From the NCBI RefSeq assembly GCF_001194135.2, contig NC_068993.1, positions 31,460,306 to 31,492,487 on the forward strand: a DNA stretch of 32,182 bases, read 5' to 3'. The number at the start of each line of letters is the position of its first letter. Position 1 is the stretch's first letter. The DNA is from Octopus bimaculoides. Its lineage: Eukaryota. A program made the position numbers and the translations under genes. Shown piece by piece: positions 1 through 9,854 of this stretch. The notes under the pieces are model-generated. The model had not been told where the DNA came from. It saw nothing but the letters and a program-made list of their open reading frames with translations, and did not search any database.

Positions 1-119
1 TCGTGGAGTTTTAGGTGTTTTCGCTCAATAAACACTCACAACGCCTGGTCTGGGAATTGAAACCGCGATCCTATGACCGCGAGTCCGCTGCCCTAACCAC
101 TGGGCCATTGCGCCTCCAC
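1..119 (-). mobile_element. tRNA-derived SINE, 5' part (truncated by window edge); tRNA-Arg-like head, octopus OR-type SINE-like
   Basis: The minus strand reads GTGGAGGCGCAATGGCCCAGTGGTTAGGGCAGCGGACTCGCGGTCATAGGATCGCGGTTTCAATTCCCAGACC. It has an A box (TGGCCCAGTGG), a B-box-like GTTTCAATTCC and a TCG anticodon-like triplet. It is degenerate, with a non-tRNA 3' extension. Confidence 0.8.
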
Positions 120-1187
120 TGTCAATTTAGTAATTAAGGATAATAACGTGACATTTATAATAAAACAGGCGATTTGGGTTTCCAAGTAGCTTCAATGACA
201 ATGTTTAGTAGTAGAATTCCTTCATTTATAGGTTTTTAGAAAGAATATATAACAAGGTTATAGACAGAGTAAATTAGTTAAAACGTTTAGTTGCTGCTTA
301 GGTGGGAGACAGGAAAATTTAAATAAATATGGTGTAATAACTAGCCTTCAGCTTAGTAAATATTTGTAAACGTCTAATACATAGGATTAAAGACAATTGA
401 GAAAGTAGTGGGCTACGCACTGTGTCATCAATAGCTAAGACAATCTTTTGAGAATATATTTGACTGAACCTCGTGCATCCAGATAACATGTAAGTGGTAA
501 TATTTTATATTATCTTTTCAACAGTTATATATTTAGCTTTAATCGTAACAATTGTTAATTACAGGTATTCTTTTATTAGTTCTGCTTTATAAGGATATTT
601 TAACATAATCTATTAAGTTACTGGTATACGTTTAACATTAAAGCATGTATGGATAACGAATATTTAATGCGTATGGAGTGTTTTAATTATTAACTTTCGG
701 GTAATGAAATAGTGTAATTCACTCAGACTTAGTTATATTACTAGTGAAGTTGAATCGAATTTGTTTTTGGTTTTGGAAAGAATAGAATATAAGCGCTTTC
801 CCTTTTATATTCATAACTGTAGAAGACTGGTGGGAATCTTATTTGCATGGACTTCAAGGCTTAGATTGCTATTTAGTTAGATAATGTAGGAGTTAGTTAT
901 AAGTTTACTTATTGAATTTATTTTACCGATACTGTTTTTGTACATAGGGTAAATGTGTTTCTTTGTTGTAGTTCAATTAATAACGTTACTGTTTAATCCT
1001 TCCTACAATTGAGATTGAATGAATGTGGTGATATCAAAGGTATGTTTGTTCGCAAACAACACTTATTTTAGTGCTGTTGACACCACCGGATTGAATAGTA
1101 CTGCTCAGGTGTCGAAACCATAGTGATATCCGTGGTGCAGCTGATGATAGAAGTATGTTGGATATAGTTTTATAAGACATCAATTTG

Positions 1188-1190
<3 letters not shown>

Positions 1191-1242
<52 letters not shown>
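1191..1242 (+). repeat. (TG)26 microsatellite
   Basis: Perfect TG run seen directly. Confidence 0.98.
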
Positions 1243-1243
<1 letters not shown>

Positions 1244-1324
1244 AAAGGTTGAATGAACATTTATGTATCTATTATATATCTATATATGTGTGCATTTGGT
1301 GTAACCTGTGTTTTCATATGTAAT

Positions 1325-1670
1325 GTAATCTTCGAAGACAATGATGCACCGATTTTCACTGCTACTCTTATTCATAATACAAAGAATACAAATCTTCAGT
1401 GTCAATTAGACCACTTCGATTGACCACGACAAATAGCGGATTTTAATATAATCAGACTTTTATCATGTATTCTGAAGCACTGAAGCTGTAAGAGCTAAAA
1501 TAATTTTTTTCTTAAAGGATGGCTTAAAATTCATCTGGAAACATTTTAAAACGTGTACGAAGCAATTTCTCAACACATTAAACCAGTGATTGATCCTAAA
1601 AGTACCCCAACAGTGATTTCTATAAAACATCCATTTCAGAAAGTATTTTCATTATATTGTCTAAACCCTG
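1325..1670 (+). mobile_element. Old 3' remnant of a Tc1-like transposon with right TIR
   Basis: One frame from 1325 reads VIFEDNDAPIFTA...LDHFD*PRQIADFNII...GWLKIHLETF*NVYEAISQHIKPVIDPKSTPT, which aligns with the C-terminal half of the neighbouring transposases. It ends in TTTTCATTATATTGTCTAAACCCTG followed by TA (1671-1672); the reverse complement resembles the family TIR CAGGGGTTGGACAAAATAATGGAAA. Confidence 0.75.
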
Positions 1671-1717
1671 TATATATCTTTTACATATATGTGAGTGCGT
1701 GTATATATGTATATATA

Positions 1718-2984
1718 CAGGGGTTGGACAAAATAACTGGAACAGTAGAAATTTAACTCCAGTATTTCAATGGGCCATTATATTACGAATATCCATCCAA
1801 ATTTCATTGTGAGCAATTTTTTTTTTGTATTGTAGATGATTTTATTTATCTAATTTAATGATTATTTCCATCTCTTTTTCAGATCGTAGTATAAATTAAG
1901 CTAAGATGCGTGACCTGAGTTCGAAAAAGGGAAACATCGCTGGAGCTCGAATGCCAGGAGCTTCCGTTACCAGAACAGCTTGGTTTTCGAGAGCTACAAT
2001 ATCAAGGACCATGACTGAATCTAAGTAGCAGAGCGAAACTGTCACCAGGAGGAGTACGACCAGCAGGACTTCGAAGCTCACTGAAAGAGAACGACGTGTG
2101 TTGAATCGCATTGTGATGAAAAATTACCAGACAACTGCCCTTAAAGCGGCTGCAGAGTTGAATCAACATCTGACTAGCCCAGTTTCAATCAAAACTGTTC
2201 GTCGTGAGCTCAATAAAACCAAATATCATGGAAGAAGGAAGGACCGCTATAAGGAAATCTCTGCGTTCTCATCAAAACGTTCAGAAAAGGCTGAACAGAT
2301 GTAGAGATAGCAAGAGCTGGTCGACAGACCAATGGAAACAAGTAATATTCTCCGACAAGTCCAGCTTTTCTCTTTTCTCCTCTGCAGGACGAGGTTATGC
2401 GTGGAGGCATCCCGGTGAAGCTTTTGATCATGACTGTCTGCTTCCTAGAATGAAGCATGGATGAGGATCGGTGATAGTTTGGGCAGCCATTTCTTGGAAT
2501 TCTCTTGGTCCAATCGTTGCCCTGAATGGTGGAACCAACAACAATCATTACCTGAATATTTTGCGAAATCAAGTCCTTCTCATGGTCCAAACATTATCCC
2601 CTGTTGGTGAATGCAGCTTCCAAAATGACAATGCTCCAATACACACCTCTTGTGTGGTTAAGAATTGGTATGAAGAGCATAGTAGTGAGCTGCAACACAT
2701 GGAATGGCTTCTTCAATCTCCAGATCTTAATATCATTGAGCATGTATGGTGCATCTTCGAGCGACAAAATAGAAGTGGTTACCCCCTACCGTTGTGTCTG
2801 CAAAAACTGGAGCAGGTTTTACAGGGAGAATCGCTCAATATTCTCCTCAATAAAACCAGGAAGCTATACGAATCAATTCCTAAATGCATCGAAGCTGTTC
2901 AGAAAGCCAAAGGAGGACCAACACCATATTAAATAAATATTCATTGAATTTAACACGCGTTCCAATTATTTTGTGCAATCTCTG
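1718..2984 (+). mobile_element. Full-length (1267 bp) Tc1-like DNA transposon, DD36E (Incomer-like), inactive
   Basis: 26-bp TIRs at 1718-1743 (CAGGGGTTGGACAAAATAACTGGAAC) and 2959-2984 match at 22/26. TA flanks both sides (1716-17, 2985-86). A transposase pseudogene lies inside. Confidence 0.95.
1906..2932 (+). pseudogene. Tc1-family transposase pseudogene (about 340 codons, with frameshifts and stops)
   Basis: ATG at 1906 (MRDL..KKGNIAGARM..ASVTRTA), HTH region KLTERERRVLNRIV...TVRREL, WKQVIFSDKSSF (first D), MIVWAAISW, FQNDNAPIH (second D), SPDLNIIEH (E, with 36 residues between), ending KAKGGPTPY*. Confidence 0.95.
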
Positions 2985-3001
2985 TATATATATATATATA
3001 T

Positions 3002-3055
<54 letters not shown>

Positions 3056-3150
3056 CTTTGTGTGTTTGTGTGTGTGTGAGTATGTGCATGTGTACATATT
3101 TATTTGAGTGTGTGTTTGTATGTATATGTGTACCTATGTCTAATTATGTG
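2985..3150 (+). repeat. (TA)n/(TG)n compound microsatellite
   Basis: Seen directly; begins at the right TA target site of the Tc1 element. Confidence 0.9.
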
Positions 3151-3704
3151 TATGAATAACTTTCATATCTTTCACTACAATCCTTTTTCATAACTTCCTT
3201 CAGATTAAATAGCTTCGTCACTATCTTAGTATGTGGCTCTCGATTGAATTTGATTAAAGAGTAATATTCTATACGTGTGTGTATGTGTGTGTGTGTTTGT
3301 GTATGTGTGTGAGAGAGTGTGTATTTATGTATAAAAGAAGAAAAATAAAATGGAGATTGGGAAGTTAATAACTGTTTATTATTAACAACAAATTAATCCA
3401 TCATCCCTTGCAGCTGCATCAATAAATATTACGTAAATATTAGGTTTATATGACCTGAACATAATATCTTAAGAGAGAAAAAATATATCCTTATATGTGT
3501 TTATGCATTCATTATAGGAGACTGAATGATATGGTTTATGATTTGTATTGTTATATGTTCGGGCGAGGGGTTTACAGGTTGATTGGAGATAAGTTGGAGT
3601 AGATAAATAGAATTAGAACAATGGATGATTAAAGTGAATAGAGATGATAGAGGAAACTTAAATATAAGGCCCTGTTTATAGTTTACAAGGTATAAACTTA
3701 TGAC

Positions 3705-3845
3705 AATTTGTATATATGCAAGTACACACATACACATAGACACAAATACACATATGTATCCGTAGGCCCATATACATATATGCGTATATATACATATATA
3801 TGCGCGAACGCATTAATACATATGCACACACATACATGCATGTAT

Positions 3846-3905
<60 letters not shown>
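3705..3905 (+). repeat. Degenerate (CA/TA)n and perfect (TA)n microsatellite
   Basis: Seen directly. Confidence 0.9.
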
Positions 3906-3908
<3 letters not shown>

Positions 3909-4090
3909 TTTACACTTTTTCTCATTGCCCGTAAGAAGAAGTTAATATAGATTCATATTGGTCAATTAATTACAATTGGTTAATGGAATTTTTTATTATT
4001 TTGTTTACTTTATAGCGTCTCAAGGAAAGTATTTGTTTTGCTGTCTGAACGTGAGTATGAAAATAATTAAAATTTATATAGGCATGTATA

Positions 4091-4426
4091 GAAGCGTACG
4101 TAAATTTAGTCATATGTGTGTGTGTGTGTGTGTCTCTGTGTGCGTGTGTGTATGTACGCACACACACACGCCTATACATGCACAAACAGACACATGGATG
4201 CACATACCTACACCTGCACAAACACACACATATGTACACATGCACTCAAATAGACACACGGGTATATATATACACAGACATACGCATATACATATATATA
4301 TACATATACATGTATAGATGTATGCATATATACTTATATACATATATACAAAGATGCACATACATACGTCCGCACACATGCATGTCCATATACATATGCA
4401 CGCACATATCTGCACATAGATATATA
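4091..4426 (+). repeat. Degenerate (TG)/(CA)/(TA) microsatellite tract
   Basis: Seen directly. Confidence 0.85.
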
Positions 4427-5629
4427 CAGGGTGGGGGGGGGGACAAAATAATGGAAACATCTTAAAAATTCAAACGAATTAATTTTAATATTGGGTAGGA
4501 CCGCATTTCGCAGTAATTACAGCTTGAATTCTACGAGGTATGGACTTGTACAGTTTGAATTGTTTCCAATGGCATTTTTGTCCATTTTTCAGCTAAAACA
4601 GTCTCAAGTTCTTGTAGTGATGATGGTGGAGGATATCGACTCTTTACATGTTTTTTTTCTAAAATGCACCATAAATGTTCAATAATATTGAGATCTGGGC
4701 ACTGTAGTGGCCAGATAAGATGTTCAATTTGATTAGAATGTTTCTCGTGCCATTCAGTAAAAATCTTAGCTGTGTGACTTGGTGCATTTTCATCCTGAAA
4801 GACTGTGTTTCCCTCCTGGAACAATTCCGCAACCACAGGATGAATTTCATCAGATGAAATGCTTAAATAGTCTTGACTATTAATTCTGCCATGAGGAGAA
4901 ACCACTGGGCCGGCGGATTTCCAAGANNNNNNNNNNTGCCATTCAGTAAAAATCTTAGCTGTGTGACTTGGTGCATTTTCATCCTGAAAGACTGTGTTTC
5001 CCTCCTGGAACAATTCCGCAACCACAGGATGAATTTCATCAGATGAAATGCTTAAATAGTCTTGACTATTAATTCTGCCATGAGGAGAAACCACTGGGCC
5101 GGCGGATTTCCAAGATATAGCTCCTTCACCCTGCCAGATCATCACAGATCCTCCTCTATGTTTAACAGTTGGAAGAAGGCAGTTTGGGTCAAATGTTTCT
5201 TTTGGCTGTCTCCACGCGTATACTCAGCCGGTGGTCGGAAATAAAGTAAAGGATGACTCATCCGAGAAAATAGCATTTTCCCACAGCTCTAGGCACCAGT
5301 TCTGTAGGTTCTTACCCGAGTCTAAACGCTTTGCAGCATTTGTTTTTGAAAGTAGTGTTTTCTGATTGGAGCCCTCCTGTGAAATCCGGCTTTGTGCAGC
5401 TCCCGACAAACAGTTTTTGTGGAAATTGGTTCTCGAAGTGCTCATTAAGCTCTGCAGTAATTTTGGGAGCAGTACTTTTGTGATCTTTTCTAACAATTCG
5501 CGTAAGTGCCCGCCGGTCCCTATCTGAAAGTTTTGGTTTACTTCCGGAGTTTTGTTTCGACAGGGACGTTTTTCCCTCTTTCTCAAAGGCTATGATGCCA
5601 GGTGATTCCATTATCTTGTCCAACCCCCG
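4427..5629 (-). mobile_element. Second Tc1-like DD36E-spaced transposon, internally deleted, inactive
   Basis: TIRs CAGGGTG(G)nGACAAAATAATGGAAAC from 4427 and the reverse complement CGGGGGTTGGACAAGATAATGGAATC ending at 5629; TA on both sides. Minus-strand translation: FEKEGKTSLSKQNSGSKPKLSDRDRRALTRIV, WENAIFSDESSFTLFPTTG, FQDENAPSHTAK..WPLQCPDLNIIEHLW, AKCGPTQY* (stop 4485-4487). Confidence 0.93.
4748..5115. other. 179-bp identical duplication flanking a 10-N gap (probable assembly overlap artefact)
   Basis: 4748-4926 equals 4937-5115, separated only by N10. Confidence 0.85.
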
Positions 5630-5649
5630 TATATCAGCTTACAGAAATA

Positions 5650-5902
5650 CATAAGATATGTATGTACGCGTATACACCCATGTACATGTACGTCCCGGCA
5701 TACATAAACACGCTCCTATCTACGGATATATATATATACTCACGCACACATATATAGTTTTCTCACATATACACAGGTGTAGATGTATAAGTTCTCACGC
5801 ATTCATGTTTGTATACTTTTACCTGTATATACATCCACATACACATACATAGATATACACACATATAAGCATTTATACACACGCATACACATGCATACAT
5901 AT

Positions 5903-5983
<81 letters not shown>

Positions 5984-7330
5984 NNNNNNNNNNNNNNNNN
6001 NNNNNNNNNNNNNNNNNNNNNNNNNNNNNNNNNNNNNNNNNNNNNNNNNNNNNNNNNNNNNNNNNNNNNNNNNNNNNNNNNNNNNNNNNNNNNNNNNNNN
6101 NNNNNNNNNNNNNNNNNNNNNNNNNNNNNNNNNNNNNNNNNNNNNNNNNNNNNNNNNNNNNNNNNNNNNNNNNNNNNNNNNNNNNNNNNNNNNNNNNNNN
6201 NNNNNNNNNNNNNNNNNNNNNNNNNNNNNNNNNNNNNNNNNNNNNNNNNNNNNNNNNNNNNNNNNNNNNNNNNNNNNNNNNNNNNNNNNNNNNNNNNNNN
6301 NNNNNNNNNNNNNNNNNNNNNNNNNNNNNNNNNNNNNNNNNNNNNNNNNNNNNNNNNNNNNNNNNNNNNNNNNNNNNNNNNNNNNNNNNNNNNNNNNNNN
6401 NNNNNNNNNNNNNNNNNNNNNNNNNNNNNNNNNNNNNNNNNNNNNNNNNNNNNNNNNNNNNNNNNNNNNNNNNNNNNNNNNNNNNNNNNNNNNNNNNNNN
6501 NNNNNNNNNNNNNNNNNNNNNNNNNNNNNNNNNNNNNNNNNNNNNNNNNNNNNNNNNNNNNNNNNNNNNNNNNNNNNNNNNNNNNNNNNNNNNNNNNNNN
6601 NNNNNNNNNNNNNNNNNNNNNNNNNNNNNNNNNNNNNNNNNNNNNNNNNNNNNNNNNNNNNNNNNNNNNNNNNNNNNNNNNNNNNNNNNNNNNNNNNNNN
6701 NNNNNNNNNNNNNNNNNNNNNNNNNNNNNNNNNNNNNNNNNNNNNNNNNNNNNNNNNNNATATATATATATATATACATACATATATACATGCATACATG
6801 CATACATATATGCATATATACATGCACACATACATACACACCTGTATAAACACACATATATGTATATTGCACTCACGTGGATGTGCTCATACCCATACAT
6901 GCATACATGCAAAAATATACATATACAGACATATGTTCATACATGTATACACACAGACATGTGTGCGTCTATCCATACACACACATATGTGTACATAAGT
7001 ATACATCTACATACATACACGTTTGAATATGTATCTTCGTATGCTCATAATTAATTACGCGTGTATGCGTCTGCATGCATCTACATAAGTATTAGGAAAA
7101 AGGAAGTATTTTATTTAGCTGTATGAAAAAATTATTATAAGCGGGACAGGGAAACATTTTAGTGGAAATCAATTATAAGAATAAGCATATTAATAGGCAC
7201 AAACTCACACATATACACATACACATACAAACACACACATACATATGCATATACAGGTGTGTGTATGTATATTTATGCACACGAGGTCACACGCATTTAT
7301 ATGCAAAGACACACATACACACGTGTAACC
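5650..7330 (+). repeat. (CA)n/(TA)n/(CATA)n microsatellite tract containing an assembly gap (about 5984-6759)
   Basis: Seen directly; the long ORFs here are N-run artefacts. Confidence 0.9.
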
Positions 7331-7357
7331 AGTCAGTAGTAAGGAGAATGGAGTATA

Positions 7358-7573
7358 CGTAGGGCAATGAAAAGTTCCTGGCTTTCCGTAAAAGAAAATA
7401 TGAGAGTATCAGTTAATTATGATTTGATTCAATGTATTCCTTTTTAAGATGCACGCAATTATTATAGCGGTCCTTCAGTTTTTCTAAGCCCTGTAAAAGA
7501 ACTCAGAATGTTGGGCCTCAAACCAGGCCTTTCACGATACCCTTAAAGCCAGGAACTTTTCAGCACCCTCTCG
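7358..7573. mobile_element. Mariner-type MITE (216 bp)
   Basis: Left end CGTAGGGCAATGAAAAGTTCCTGGCTTT; right-end reverse complement CGAGAGGGTGCTGAAAAGTTCCTGGCTTT (18-bp perfect core). TA at 7356-57 and 7574-75. No coding capacity. Confidence 0.88.
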
Positions 7574-7979
7574 TATGAGATTTACTTCAGAACAAAAAAC
7601 ACAAACGATTATAAATCATGGTGAGGACGTGTACAGGCACAAGTTACAATGTAGCCGCATTCAATTTAGACAGCGTTTATTATTCAAATTTATTCTTCCA
7701 AATTAGGTAAAGATAAATATTTTTACAAACAGAATTAATTTCAATTGTTTTATGTAAATAAATATAAATGAATTAGTTATCTGTGTACATGCAAGCACCA
7801 CATACACGCACTCAGGAACGCAAACACTCACACGACCACAGCCACATATATGACGTGGAATTTGTATCAATTTGTGTTTGTTGACACTATGACGCTATCT
7901 GAAGTTCTTTTATTGTTGTGCAAATGATGTTTGATCGTGTAATATCTGTAAAATATTACTTTATATGACATAATTTTTA

Positions 7980-8051
7980 ATGTAATTCGTATAGAAACAT
8001 GCATACATACATGCACATATATATATACATACATCTATATACATACATACA

Positions 8052-8083
<32 letters not shown>

Positions 8084-8350
8084 CATATATATATATATAT
8101 ATATACATACATACACATATATATACATACATATATATATACATACACACATACACACACACATATATGTATATATGTATGTATGTAGGTAGGTAGGTAG
8201 GTAGGTAAATAAGTAGGAGTGCGTTGAGCTATATGATTAATATTTATAAAAATGTAACAACCGAAAAATTTGACAAAACAACAGCACATGGAAAATTCGC
8301 AACGCACACACACACACATGTATACATGCATGTATATGCATACACACTCA
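7980..8350 (+). repeat. (CATA)n/(TA)n/(GTAG)n/(CA)n compound microsatellites
   Basis: Seen directly. Confidence 0.9.
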
Positions 8351-8699
8351 TATGCATACGTGTATATGTGGAGATTAATTATTACCGAACTAAACCTATT
8401 GACTCAAACTCAACATTAAATTGTAAACCCAAATTAAACACGTCTCAGATTCGATGATTTAATTATCTGAGACGCACAGAGCAGCGCTCCTTCCTTCTAT
8501 ACAGTGCTACTACCCAGTACATATTTTGTATTTATTTCATTGAGTTCAGGATGCATGACAGCGTATGGCACTCTCAACGGTATTCTGTCTCAAATGCTAA
8601 AAGGACAAAACCAGAAACGCATGTGTGTGTCTCTGTTATTACAAAGGTTTTCTCCTATGAACCATCGTTTCTGATTGAGACACAAGTTCTGCAATACTG

Positions 8700-8825
8700 G
8701 TAAGGGGTTTATTCGATAAGATCGGCATTCTGTATTTGACTAGTATTTTATTTTATCGGCCCGAAAAATTGAAAAGCAAAGTTGGCATCAATGGTAAATG
8801 AAATCAGATCATTAAAAGACGGAAA
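8700..8825 (-). mobile_element. Highly decayed SINE fragment
   Basis: TATTTGACTAGTATTTTATTTTATCGGCCCGAAAAATTGAAAAGCAAAGTTGG..AAATCAGA resembles the reverse complement of the SINE family also seen at 21385-21487. Confidence 0.5.
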
Positions 8826-9704
8826 CTATTTTGTGCCGATAATTTATTATCGACATTCATCTTGGGGAACAGAACTACTGGTTTCATCGGCAATATCTTT
8901 AATTTAATAGATTACATCAAACAAAATTTTCACCAAGCTTTAATGTTATCGAGCTGAGAAGGATGACAAGCTGAATAGAAAGTTCAGCAATTGAAAATAA
9001 TGGAATGACGTAACTAACTTTCAAGTACTCCCCGACAATCTAATCACCATCTAAATAACGATAAATATTTCTCATTTCATATTGGCATAATGAAGGGTTT
9101 TCTATTAGGGTAGGTACAGTCTAAAGTATCAAACTCAGAAAGCTGGATGTCGAACTATAACCTGAGAGGATTTTAAACCAGAGTATAAATAAACGTATTA
9201 CTAGGCTTTCTACTGAATCAATATCTACGATCCTTTAAACTTGATTAGTAAGCGACACAAGACATGACTTTTATATGACGATGGTGTTTCCGGATAAAAA
9301 TCAGCTGTCAAAATGAAAGCTATTTAGATTAATGCTAAAGGAAAGCATCTATTATAAGGTTGGTTACTAGCCAGCTTTAAGTGAACGGAATGGAACGTTT
9401 TAGGAGAGATGTGTAGTTAATGTGTTTTACAATCAATATTAGCATCTTTTCGTAAGAAACGTGAGTTAAAAGTAAATAAATAATAGATGACTGTCGTTAT
9501 GTATGTTTTAAGATGAGTTTGATAGATGCAGGAGATCAGAACATCAATCGAGAAGATACTCGTGCAATAAATATGAGAATACTGCCAAGCATTTTGCTAT
9601 TTTTTTCTTTTAAAAATTGAATAAAAAAGGCTACGTATATGGTACTGATTATGTAATGAACGACATAATCTATCAATGAATAGATTTGGGATTTTGTGTG
9701 AGTA

Positions 9705-9712
9705 TACATACA

Positions 9713-9798
<86 letters not shown>

Positions 9799-9800
9799 CA
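9705..9800 (+). repeat. (CATA)n/(TA)n microsatellite
   Basis: Seen directly. Confidence 0.95.
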
Positions 9801-9808
9801 TGTCTAAC

Positions 9809-9854
9809 AAAACTGTCCGATGAACGGGAACGTGAAACTCCGATTGACAGTTTT
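9809..9854 (+). ncRNA. Degenerate minimal type I hammerhead ribozyme, probably from a Penelope-like element pseudo-LTR
   Basis: Stem I AAAACTGT (9809-16) pairs with ACAGTTTT (9847-54). Core CCGATGA (consensus CTGANGA), stem II ACG-GGAA-CGT, then GAAA, then a short near-palindromic stem III ACTC-C-GA(T)T. Three substitutions from a canonical motif. Confidence 0.65.

Noticed and set aside
1-119. tRNA gene call for the SINE heads (also 18200-18283, 21385-21487)
   Set aside because: The cloverleafs are broken and the sequences continue into SINE bodies, so they are retroposon heads rather than functional tRNAs.
790-1130. Possible splice signals (AG|GTATGT near 1040, TTTTAG near 1070) and short open frames
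   Set aside because: Such motifs are expected by chance in AT-rich DNA, and no protein similarity was recognised.
3698-4465. Overlapping His/Thr/Tyr/Ile/Cys/Val-rich ORFs on both strands (also 7961-8457, 9942-10248, 23344-23720)
   Set aside because: They are translations of (CA)/(TA)/(CATA) microsatellites.
5763-7054. Long ORFs of 326-423 aa (also 15158-16120, 10093-10574, 11655-12203, 18866-19398)
   Set aside because: They run through N gaps and dinucleotide repeats (YIYI, HTHT, CVCV), so they are not evidence of genes. Only the gap-flanking parts of 18866-19398 are real, and they belong to the LINE ORF1.
8590-8680. GG-ACAAAA-CC-AGAAACGCATG hammerhead-like trace and an imperfect inverted repeat
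   Set aside because: The CUGANGA core is not recognisable and there is no stem I; too degenerate.
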